Shown one piece after another: positions 1 to 9,067 of a stretch of 35,711 nucleotides of DNA. Position numbers and translations under genes: made by a program. This DNA is from Promethearchaeota archaeon (GTDB taxonomy: Archaea > Asgardarchaeota > Lokiarchaeia > Sigyniarchaeales > SOKP01). The DNA lies in assembly GCA_030603385.1 (NCBI GenBank), contig JAUVXW010000041.1, positions 1 through 35,711 of the forward strand. The letters are read 5' to 3'. The notes under the pieces are model-generated. The model had not been told where the DNA came from and searched no databases. It saw nothing but the letters and a program-made list of their open reading frames with translations. Every line of letters starts with the position of its first letter. Position 1 is the first letter of the stretch.

Positions 1-876
1 GCCGATCTCAATCCATTCTTTAGTTTTTGGATGTTCCACAAATATCTCAAATTCCATCTGAGGTGCGTAATACTTTGAAGTTGCTTTTTTAATCTCCGAT
101 CTGCTATTTTTAAATCCCATTTGCCCACAGATAAGTGACGCAATATTTTGACAATCTTCGAGTGTAATTTCTTCTGCCATAATTACTAAAGATAGCGTAT
201 TCGAATCGTAGAGATGTGTAGCATCGATTTTTTGTTCACGCCTAAATTTGGGACATATAGAAAAGTACTGTAATGGTAAGATCATTTTCTTTTTTAACTC
301 TGCTAACACTTTAAACCATAACGCAGTAGTATGGCTTCTTAAAGTAGATTTAGTAGGTATTGGTTTCAACGCTTTTAACTCAGGAAAAACTTTATCAATT
401 ATTTCTGAAGCTTGACTTTCAGAAATTGATAATTGTTCGATTAGAAATTCGATCATATCATCTGCTTCAATTTCTCCCTTTTTATACATTCTAAATATGT
501 CTTTTATAGCATCTATGTTAGTGGCATCAGGTGCTATATCTCTTATTTTTTCAATCCTTTCTTTTGAAATTCCAATATCGGGGCGTGGTAGTCCGGCCAA
601 ATAAAATAATCTATCAAGTATTAAGACCGCTTCGGGGCCATATTGTTTATATATCTCCCCCTCTTCAACAAACATAGGCAAAATTACTTCTTCAAAACCT
701 AAAGTAATCATTTGTTTTCTCGCATCAGAGATAAAATCATTAACAGGATGAGATTTCCCTTTACTTTGGAGATTAAAATAATTTCCGCGTAATTTTAAAA
801 GATCCTTAGTTTCCAGCTATGCCTTTTCATAATTACTTTTTGCTTGTCTTCTAATTTTTTCAATATCGAAGGGCAT
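1..876 (-). CDS. sepS: O-phosphoseryl-tRNA(Cys) synthetase (SepRS), 5' part running off the window edge, with an in-frame TAG at codon 20
   Basis: Not in the ORF track. Manual translation from ATG 876: MPFDIEKIRRQAKSNYEKA*LETKDLL...KGKSHPVNDF...LGFEEVILPMFVEEGEIYKQYGPEAVLILDRLFYLAGLPRPDIGIS...TLRSHTTALWF...FRREQKIDATHL...SKYYAPQMEFEIF...WIEIG. These are SepRS signature blocks. Confidence 0.93.
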
Positions 877-893
877 TCTTAAACCTTATAAAA

Positions 894-1532
894 TTATTTT
901 TTATTTGTATTATCTTGCACGCTACTTTCAATACATTCTCTTAAGCTATTCATTTGAAGAGATATTGAGACATCTCCCCTAGTTCTTTCAATAATATTTC
1001 TAGCTTGATCAGTTTTATGTCTTAAATCTTGAGTAATCCCTGAGGGATAATCTAATGAAAACAGATACGTATAAATTTCATCCATACTTTCTAAAATTTC
1101 ATTAAGATCATCAATTTGAGATTTTCTAATATTGTCTAAAACATATCTACGTAATTCTCCAACAACATCTGCTAGACCTAATGCATAGTTTAGAGGATTA
1201 ATTTTCAACACTTTAGGCGTTGGAAGATCTTTTTTCATAATAATTGAGAAAAATGATATAGCCTCAGCATATTCTTGTTCAGGAGTTTTCAAATATTTGA
1301 AAAAAACTCCTGTATTTTTATTAACTAGTGACACCAGCTTTTCATGAGTTACTATTATATTATTAATTTTGTCTTGATATTGGTTAAATTCTCTCCTATG
1401 AATATGTTTAATTGCAACACTACAATCCCGAACTATCAATCGAGAAATTTTTAAAATCTCTTCTCTATCTTGATCTAATTTATCTAATGCCTCGGTTATT
1501 TCCGTGAAAATATTTTTAAGATTCATACTCAC
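894..1532 (-). CDS. Translin/TRAX (C3PO-like) family protein
   Basis: Motifs DREEILKISR, QEYAEA, YALGLADVVGELRR and LRHKTD; the acidic catalytic-type residues are retained. Start may be ATG 1526. Confidence 0.88.
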   Translation of the reverse strand: MSMNLKNIFTEITEALDKLDQDREEILKISRLIVRDCSVAIKHIHRREFNQYQDKINNIIVTHEKLVSLVNKNTGVFFKYLKTPEQEYAEAISFFSIIMKKDLPTPKVLKINPLNYALGLADVVGELRRYVLDNIRKSQIDDLNEILESMDEIYTYLFSLDYPSGITQDLRHKTDQARNIIERTRGDVSISLQMNSLRECIESSVQDNTNKK

Positions 1533-1667
1533 TATGCTTTAAAAAATGCGATAAAAATTTTAGTAATGATTAATTTCAATTTTAAATATAATTAATTATC
1601 ATAATTCTAAAAATATTTAGAATTTTTTATTAGAAATAGTTAAGAAAAATAAAGATTAAAGATTGTT

Positions 1668-3728
1668 ATGAAGATTTTATTAATTCATTCGGACGGCGTA
1701 GAAGTTATTAAACAAAAACCAGCTACAAGCAAACCTCAAAAATTTCCCGGAAAGAAAATTAAAATGGATGGTTTGGTCCTTGTAGCGTATGTTTCTGTAG
1801 AAGATCAAGATACTTATGATACTGATATAATTGCAAAGCAAGGAGCTGATGTTATTGAGGAAGCAATTCTTCTAATAACAGGTTTTCCTGAAAAAATCCG
1901 TGAGAAAAATGAGGAAATTAGAAAACATAATAAAAAAATCGAATCTGGAGAAATCAAGGGAAAGCCTAGAAATTTAGTCGAATTAATTAAAGAAAGGGAT
2001 ATGTATCGAGTTGATAAAGTACTGGTTTATCCATGGGCTCACCTATCAAAATTCCTGAGTAATGATAATAACGCAATGGAAGTGTGCCCTAAAATTGCTA
2101 AACTATTGGAAGAAAAAGGAATCGAGGCAAGTTTTTCTCCATTTGGATGGTATAAATCTTTTAAAATTAACTGTATAGGTCATGAAGTAGCTGAAATGTA
2201 TCGAGATATCAAACTAGCCATAAAACCCGAAGAAGAGGTCAAAAACTCCGTTTTTAAAGTAATAACACCTCAAGGGAAGGAGTTAAATATAGAATTGGAT
2301 GAAGAAAAAGAAATTTTGCCCTTAGAAGATATTAAAGAAGAAGATTTTTATTTATTTTTAAAATCCGAATTAGGAGCAAGAAGAGTAGATAAAGATATTG
2401 AACCAGCACATCTTAAAGTTTTACGAGAATTTGAACTTCTGGATTGGAAAGAAAACACTGAAAAAAGTTTTCCTACATGGTATACAAAGGGCGTTATTAT
2501 GAAAAATCTAATAAAAAATTTTATCGAAGATAGATTAATAGACTATGGGGCAATATTAATCGATACTCCGGTTATGTATACAGTAAAAAATAAGAAGTTA
2601 ACAGCCCAAACTGCTCGATTTCCCGCTAGAAGTTATTGGGTTGAATCAGGGAAAGATAGATTTCTATTGAGATATGCAAGTGATTTTCTTCTGTTTGATT
2701 TATTCTCTCAGATGAATTTAAAACCACAATATTTTCCGTTAAGAGCATACGAGTATGAACAATATGCTTTTAGACGCGAACAGGAAGGAGAATTATCAGG
2801 ATTAAGAAGACTACGAGCATTTATAATGCCAGATATGCATACAATGTGTAAAGATTTAGAATCTTCCATTGATGAGTTTAAAAAGCAGTATGAATTAATT
2901 AAGAATCTTGAAATGGATTTAGGTATAAAAACTTATGTTACATTCAGAGTTACAAAAGAATTTTATGCGGAAAATAAGGATTGGATAATTAATTTAATTA
3001 AATCAGAAAAACATCCTGCGCTATTAGAACTATGGGAAGATAGATATTATTATTACATCTTAAAATTTGAAAGGAATGTGCTTTCTGCTCATGGTAAAAG
3101 TGCTACATTAGCAACCAATCAAATAGATGTAGAGAGCTCTTTAGAATATATGAAAGATACTGACGGTGTGGAAAGACAGAAATATAATATTTCTTTCACA
3201 GATACTGATGGTCAAATAAAACATCCGATAATTCTTCATAATTCTCCAACTGGAGCTATAGAGAGAGTTTTATGGGGTTTAATTGAATCAGCTATCCGAA
3301 ATAAGGATAAGTTAGTTCCAGGATTTAGAGCTTGGTTATCCCCCATTCAAGTACGGATTATAACCGTTTCTGATGATCAAAACGAATATGCTGAAAAGGT
3401 TCTTGATATTATCAATGGAGAGGAATTTAGAGCAGATTTCGATGATCGAGAAGAAACGGTTGGTAAAAAAATAAGACAATCTGAAATTGATTGGATTCCC
3501 TATACAATTATAATTGGCAAAAAAGAACAGCAAAATCAAACCATATCAATAAGAAAAAGATTGATAGGTGAACCTTTTGGCCCAAAAAAACAAACATCTA
3601 ACCAAATTAATGATGTAAAACTAGATAAATTATTAGAAATGCTTGAAGATGATACAAGAAATTTTCCAAAATATAAATTGCCAAAACCTTTTAGAAAATT
3701 CTCAACTAAAGTCTACTTTAGAAAATGA
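1668..3728 (+). CDS. thrS: Threonyl-tRNA synthetase, archaeal type with N-terminal editing domain
   Basis: MKILLIHSD, VYPWAHLS and PFGWYKSF (editing domain); FRREQEGELSGLRRLRAFIMPDMH (motif 2); ILHNSPTGAIER (motif 3); WLSPIQVR...DDREETVGKKIR (anticodon domain). Confidence 0.97.
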   Translation: MKILLIHSDGVEVIKQKPATSKPQKFPGKKIKMDGLVLVAYVSVEDQDTYDTDIIAKQGADVIEEAILLITGFPEKIREKNEEIRKHNKKIESGEIKGKPRNLVELIKERDMYRVDKVLVYPWAHLSKFLSNDNNAMEVCPKIAKLLEEKGIEASFSPFGWYKSFKINCIGHEVAEMYRDIKLAIKPEEEVKNSVFKVITPQGKELNIELDEEKEILPLEDIKEEDFYLFLKSELGARRVDKDIEPAHLKVLREFELLDWKENTEKSFPTWYTKGVIMKNLIKNFIEDRLIDYGAILIDTPVMYTVKNKKLTAQTARFPARSYWVESGKDRFLLRYASDFLLFDLFSQMNLKPQYFPLRAYEYEQYAFRREQEGELSGLRRLRAFIMPDMHTMCKDLESSIDEFKKQYELIKNLEMDLGIKTYVTFRVTKEFYAENKDWIINLIKSEKHPALLELWEDRYYYYILKFERNVLSAHGKSATLATNQIDVESSLEYMKDTDGVERQKYNISFTDTDGQIKHPIILHNSPTGAIERVLWGLIESAIRNKDKLVPGFRAWLSPIQVRIITVSDDQNEYAEKVLDIINGEEFRADFDDREETVGKKIRQSEIDWIPYTIIIGKKEQQNQTISIRKRLIGEPFGPKKQTSNQINDVKLDKLLEMLEDDTRNFPKYKLPKPFRKFSTKVYFRK

Positions 3729-4345
3729 ATGCAATTAAATCTGTTATTTTTGATTTAGGTGGAGTAGTAGTAGATTTAGATTTCTCAAATTTCTATAATA
3801 GAATCATTTCTCAATCTCCTCTTAATAAACCTCAAACTCCAATTATTTTAGAATTTTTCCGTCAATCTGATATTTATCATCAAGGAATGATGAGTGATGA
3901 TGAATTTTATCATTTAGCATGTGATTTACTCCAAGTTTGCGAACTTGACCAAAAAAATTTTTATACAGCTTTTAATAGTATAATTTCTGGTTTCAATCCT
4001 GAAATTGTTGAAATAATAGGAACAATAAAAGAGAACAATAAATTCAAACTTATTTGTCTCTCAAATGTAAATTCTAGTCATTGGGAATTTCTTCTTAAAA
4101 AAAAATGGGGCTTCCTTGAATATTTTGATGAATTAATCTTATCTCATGAAGTTCATATGACTAAACCAGATAAAAAAATATTCGAATATACTATAGAAAA
4201 GGCAGGATGTAAACCGGAAGAGATAGTTTTTATTGATGATGGGATAAATAATGTCCGAACAGCTCGAGAACTAGGTATTATCGGAATAAAATTTACAAAT
4301 AAAGAAGATCTGGTTAAAGAACTTAAGAATTTAAAGATTTTATAA
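3725..4345 (+). CDS. HAD-superfamily phosphatase (YihX-like)
   Basis: FDLGGVVVD, LSN, KPD and FIDD motifs; ATGA overlap with the thrS stop. Confidence 0.9.
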   Translation: MNAIKSVIFDLGGVVVDLDFSNFYNRIISQSPLNKPQTPIILEFFRQSDIYHQGMMSDDEFYHLACDLLQVCELDQKNFYTAFNSIISGFNPEIVEIIGTIKENNKFKLICLSNVNSSHWEFLLKKKWGFLEYFDELILSHEVHMTKPDKKIFEYTIEKAGCKPEEIVFIDDGINNVRTARELGIIGIKFTNKEDLVKELKNLKIL

Positions 4346-4371
4346 AATTTGGAAAAAATTTATCAATTAAT

Positions 4372-4896
4372 TTATATTTCCCCGGCATTTTGCAGACAGG
4401 CCCTAGCAATTTCTTCAAACACATGTTCTACATTTTCTCCTGTTTTCGCGGAAGTCTCCAAATATCCACAGCTTAATCTCTTTGCTAAGTCTTCGGCTTC
4501 TTCTTTATCGACCTCTCTCTCCAAATCGACTTTATTCCCTAAAAGTATCATAGGTATCGTTTTTTTTACGGTTTTCTTTATAGAACTTATCCAACCAGGT
4601 ATTTTTAGAAGAGTTTGATTCGATGATAGATCAAATACACCAAGAGCGCCATTGCTACCTTTAAAATAAATTGTTCTTAGCTTATGGAATTGAGGTTGCC
4701 CCCCGATATCCCATAAAAGCAAGCGTACCTGCTTTCCATCTATTTCGACATCTTTAATTAAGAAGTTACTTCCTATGGTTTTTTTAAGGTCATCACTAAA
4801 GTAATCTTTAATGTACCTTAATAGTAAGGATGTTTTTCCCACTCCACCAGGCCCGAAAAGAGTTATCTTGAACTTATACTGTCCTTTCCCCGACAT
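4372..4896 (-). CDS. Ras-superfamily (Rab-like) small GTPase
   Basis: G1 GPGGVGKTS, G2 TIG, G3 WDIGGQ, G4 NKVD, G5 ETSAK; SD-like AGGTG upstream; no C-terminal prenylation motif. Confidence 0.95.
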   Translation of the reverse strand: MSGKGQYKFKITLFGPGGVGKTSLLLRYIKDYFSDDLKKTIGSNFLIKDVEIDGKQVRLLLWDIGGQPQFHKLRTIYFKGSNGALGVFDLSSNQTLLKIPGWISSIKKTVKKTIPMILLGNKVDLEREVDKEEAEDLAKRLSCGYLETSAKTGENVEHVFEEIARACLQNAGEI

Positions 4897-5162
4897 ATTA
4901 AAACACCTTATCAGAAATAAATACTAAATATATCTCCTTAAAAATTTAAATTAATTTATTCCAATATGAAAATTAATGAATTATAGTACTAATAAATTCA
5001 CTTATTAATATTTCATATTATTCTTTAAAGATATTTATATATTTACAAAGGGAAGAATTGTTAATTTGAAAAGACAGATTTTTTGTGTCATTCATCCTTC
5101 TTAATTATTTGAACTGTCTCTTTTGTCTTTTCAGCAATTAAATGAGATTATTTTTTAATGAA

Positions 5163-6443
5163 TTATTTAGATTTTTGCCCCATTTGTCCAAGTTTAGTCA
5201 TTATCCATTCAGGACTACCTACACCATTAAAGAATTTATACCATACATACATCAACAAACCTAAAAATCCACAATATGTTATCCCCACTATAGGGTAAAA
5301 TATTATCGAAAACTGTCCAAGATAGAGTGGTAGAAACAAATATTGAATTAGAAATAAAGATAAACTTGCTTTTCCATAAAAGATTAGCATCTTTATAAAA
5401 TCATTTTTTTTTCTTTTAATATCAATAAAGTAAAAACTAACTGCTATAATTAGTAGAGCTGCTCCAAGATTATAGAACATATTTGACATCGTGCACCTAA
5501 TCATAAAATCTGGCATACCATCAAAATGATAATAATCTTGTTGATTTGCAATTCTAAGTAAATCTAAATGCAAATATTCTGACAATTCCAGTGTTTCTGT
5601 TGTTTGTGTTCCCCAACCTATGTGTATTCCCCAACCTATGAATGTCAATACGAGTCCTGTTAGAACAAACGCAATCCCGTAATAGGAGAATATCCGAAAT
5701 AAGTGAAAATAAGCTTCCTTTGTACCTTTTATCATTGCATCATATAAGAATTCTCCAAATATAGTAGAAATAAAGCATACTGCAAGCCAGGGGAGAAATG
5801 GCACTTGAGGAAGGGGGGATGTTATCAGAAAATGTAAAATCAAGAAACCAGGATTAACATCTTTATTTACAAAAAGAAAATCTCTGATGTATGGTGAAAT
5901 TACAATTATGACTACTCCAATTGCAGCACGAGGAATTTTTTTAATTTTTAATACATAATACGAGAATATTTGTGAGAACCCGATAAATACAAGAAAATTC
6001 CAACCCCATAAATTAAGAGGAAATGGAACACTTACTCCAGAAGTATATAAAGACATTGGATTAAATAAGAGACCAATAACAACTATTACAATACCACGAG
6101 TAAATATTCGATTGCGAATAAGTTTTTCAGATACATTCTTTTTTTTTCGTTTAATACTAAAAATCACACTAAGAGCAGACAAAAAAACGAATAAAGAAGG
6201 ACCTAAAATATCTAAAAAAGAAAAAAGAAGCCCATAAAGATAACGCCAATCTCTATCGAACCAGGATAATGCAGTATGAGCTAAAATAATAAAACATATA
6301 GCAAAACCCTTTACAAAATCAATTGATGCAATTCTTTTTGGTGATGAGGAATCTCTTAATTCTTCAACAGGAATTTCTTCCTTCAAAATGTCACTCAAAT
6401 GTTGTGTTTCTGCACTGCGATTTTTATTATTGGAATCTGACAT
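5163..6443 (-). CDS. DUF1624 / HGSNAT-like polytopic membrane acyltransferase
   Basis: RIASIDFVKGFAI...ILAH motif, FVFLS, PFLPWL and GKASLSLF; many hydrophobic helices. Confidence 0.75.
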   Translation of the reverse strand: MSDSNNKNRSAETQHLSDILKEEIPVEELRDSSSPKRIASIDFVKGFAICFIILAHTALSWFDRDWRYLYGLLFSFLDILGPSLFVFLSALSVIFSIKRKKKNVSEKLIRNRIFTRGIVIVVIGLLFNPMSLYTSGVSVPFPLNLWGWNFLVFIGFSQIFSYYVLKIKKIPRAAIGVVIIVISPYIRDFLFVNKDVNPGFLILHFLITSPLPQVPFLPWLAVCFISTIFGEFLYDAMIKGTKEAYFHLFRIFSYYGIAFVLTGLVLTFIGWGIHIGWGTQTTETLELSEYLHLDLLRIANQQDYYHFDGMPDFMIRCTMSNMFYNLGAALLIIAVSFYFIDIKRKKNDFIKMLIFYGKASLSLFLIQYLFLPLYLGQFSIIFYPIVGITYCGFLGLLMYVWYKFFNGVGSPEWIMTKLGQMGQKSK

Positions 6444-6642
6444 TGTTTTTCATACTAAAGCCAAAAATTTACTACCTTAAAATTAACAAAGAAAAATATA
6501 GGTTCTTCATTAAAATATATAAATATTTAATTAAGAAACGATATTATTAAAAACCTTACTAAAAACTAAATTTTTCTACTTTAGATACATATATTAGCAA
6601 CTGGGAAGCTCTTTTCTAATCCTTGAATATTATTTATAAAAA

Positions 6643-7482
6643 TTAGATTCTATGCTTACAAAAAATAAATAAATTATAATAAAGCAGAATTAGCAATACA
6701 AGTCCACCAAGATTAAAAGGAAAAATTTCATAAGTAAGAAAAAAAAGACTCCACAACATCACCGTTAATATAGCAAGGAGATTATGAATGTATTTAAAAA
6801 ATGTAAATCGCTCAAAATTCTTGTATAAAAGCATAAATAGAATCATGAAAGGTGCCAATACAACTAAGTGATGAGGCCAGGTATCAAAATACACTATTAA
6901 TGCAGTAGTAACTGCAATTAAATATCCAATTATTATTTTATTTGGTTGATCTGCCGATAAAATAAATAGAAAATATATTGGGAGGAAAATTAATAATGAT
7001 ATTACAATAAGGACTAAGAAATTATTAATATTCAGATCCAATAATTCATAAGAAATAAGTACAATTCTAGTTAAGCTAAATGAAGGATTAACCTCTACAT
7101 CACCTCTTATGCTGTAAGTATGTTTACCGGTAAGATTAACTTTAATAAAATCATCCAGCATTATACGATAGATAAGAAAAAAGAATCCTGAAATTACGAT
7201 TAAAATTATTGATCCACTTAATCTGATAATTGTCTGCTTAAATTTGAAAGTAAATTTCCTAGTTTCCCTATTATAACTCAAAGCAATTATAAACGGTAAA
7301 ATAAGAATTAACGTTGGTTTCACTAGAATACCAAATCCTAACAATAAACTTCCCAAAAAATCATACCTTTTTCTTCCTTTTAGAAAATAAAAAAGTGAGG
7401 CAAGAATGAAAACTAAAATTAGAAAATTAATCTGTCCTAAGAAATAATTCATAAATTGTAGGGGTATTATTAGTAATAAAGC
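6643..7482 (-). pseudogene. 3' half of a GT87/DUF2029-like membrane glycosyltransferase, 5'-truncated
   Basis: NYFLGQIN, LLGFGILVKP, NPSFS and DTWPHHLVVL follow the GT87-type pattern (GQ.n / K. / W.H). The frame continues upstream of the listed Met (ALLLIIPLQFM) to the junction at about 7483; the N-terminal part is absent. Confidence 0.62.
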
Positions 7483-7627
7483 TTGCGAATCCTTTTACAA
7501 AATCTATAGATTGAATTCGCCTAGGGGAAGCATAATCTTTTAAATCCTCAAGGGGAATTTCTTGCTTCAGATAATTAAAAAGTGGAGGTGATTCAGTTAC
7601 TATATCTGTTTCTGTTTGTGAAGACAT
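7427..7627 (-). pseudogene. 5' fragment of a second DUF1624-family gene (paralogue of 5163..6443), truncated after about 48 codons
   Basis: LKQEIPLEDLKDYASPRRIQSIDFVKGFA versus LKEEIPVEELRDSSSPKRIASIDFVKGFA in the intact gene; similarity stops abruptly after FVKGFA. Confidence 0.8.
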
Positions 7628-7759
7628 TATAATTTAAGTGATTTATTATGAGATCTCTAAGAAAAATTAATATTTTTAAAATTTATTTTAATATTATTCT
7701 TTTTGAATTATTATAGTTTTTCAATTATAGTTTTTTAAATATTATAGATATGATAATTA

Positions 7760-8179
7760 ATGGAGCTTAAAAAGATATACCTTGTTTTATTACTTGGATT
7801 AAGTGGACCTATTCTCCTAATATTATCTGAATTTTTTTCCTGGTTTTCAGACTATAATTTAATTGAATTATATGTTATATATACAGATTTACAAATTGAA
7901 AGTTCATTTTTATTCCTCTTTCCATTAATAAGTGGAATTGTATGCTTAATAGCAAATGTTTTGGTAATATATAAAGTCGAATTTAGAATCAAATCCATTA
8001 TTTTATCTTTTGTAGGATTAGGGTTTCAACTACTCTTTTTTATTGACCATATTTCCCAAGAAATTGAATTTATCTCCGATGCAGGTCTTGGATTCTACTT
8101 AGGGATATTTGGCTTTCTTTTAATTATTATTAACGTAATTAATGTTTTAACCACAGTAGAAAACCAATCAGGAGGTTAA
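7760..8179 (+). CDS. Hypothetical membrane protein (about 4 TM)
   Basis: ORF with four hydrophobic segments; no recognisable motif. Confidence 0.7.
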   Translation: MELKKIYLVLLLGLSGPILLILSEFFSWFSDYNLIELYVIYTDLQIESSFLFLFPLISGIVCLIANVLVIYKVEFRIKSIILSFVGLGFQLLFFIDHISQEIEFISDAGLGFYLGIFGFLLIIINVINVLTTVENQSGG

Positions 8180-8233
8180 TTAGCTATCAGTGAGAAAAAT
8201 AATGAAAATCCCAAAAATACTAAAGATATAGAC

Positions 8234-9067
8234 GTGGAATCGAGCTTTTATTATGCTTTGGGTCATGATATACGTAGAAAAATAATTAAAATCATTGGTG
8301 ATAACGATTATACCTCCTTTACTTATCTTAAAAAAGAGTTAGGTGTAAGCACTGGCACGATATATCACCATCTAGAAACCTTATCTGAATTAATTAAACA
8401 AAAAGAAGATAAGAAATATTATTTAAAAGATTTAGGAGTTTATGCTTATAAATCTTTAAAAGACAATATTGAAATAATTAAATTTCCTAAAAGAGTATTC
8501 AAATCCCCAATTCTAAAAAAACTAATGGTGTTAACATCTAAAAGATTCATATCATTTAATAAAAAAGACAGAATTTACACAATTTTAATATCTGTTGTAA
8601 TAATCATTCTTGGCACGATTTTTAGTTATTTAAATGGTTTTAACTCTTTTTTATTGTTTTTTATTGATACCAATCAAGATAATTTACTTCTATTGAATCA
8701 AATCTTAATTAATCTCAGTTTTATTTTAAACTTCTTTGCTTTTTTTATAATAGTGGAATCCATATCTCGTATATTCTACAAGAAAAACGAGAGTATTCTA
8801 AATTTTCTTATATCATTTGCGTTAATTCAGTTTCCTATGGTTATATATCTCATATTACACTTTATTTTTGAATATGCATCACTCATTACCATAAATATAT
8901 TCAATTTTATTGATAAAATTCTAATGATTATTTTTCAAGTTTGGTCTTTATGGTTACTTTCATATAGTTTGAGCGTAAAGAAGGGAATAAAAATTGAGAA
9001 TTGTTTAATAATTTCCTTATTATTACATTATAGTGGATTTACAATAATATTGTTAACGATCATTTAA
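8234..9067 (+). CDS. ArsR-type winged-HTH regulator fused to a multi-TM domain
   Basis: ALGHDIRRKIIKII...SFTYLKKELGVSTGTIYHHLETL...YYL (wHTH) followed by about 5 TM helices. The frame is open from 8180, so the start may lie upstream. Confidence 0.8.
   Translation: MESSFYYALGHDIRRKIIKIIGDNDYTSFTYLKKELGVSTGTIYHHLETLSELIKQKEDKKYYLKDLGVYAYKSLKDNIEIIKFPKRVFKSPILKKLMVLTSKRFISFNKKDRIYTILISVVIIILGTIFSYLNGFNSFLLFFIDTNQDNLLLLNQILINLSFILNFFAFFIIVESISRIFYKKNESILNFLISFALIQFPMVIYLILHFIFEYASLITINIFNFIDKILMIIFQVWSLWLLSYSLSVKKGIKIENCLIISLLLHYSGFTIILLTII

Noticed and set aside
817-819. Confident pyrrolysine or selenocysteine recoding in sepS
   Set aside because: The codon is TAG at a Trp position one base from TGG, no pyl genes are in the window, and TAG ends other genes here. 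Kept only as an unresolved finding.
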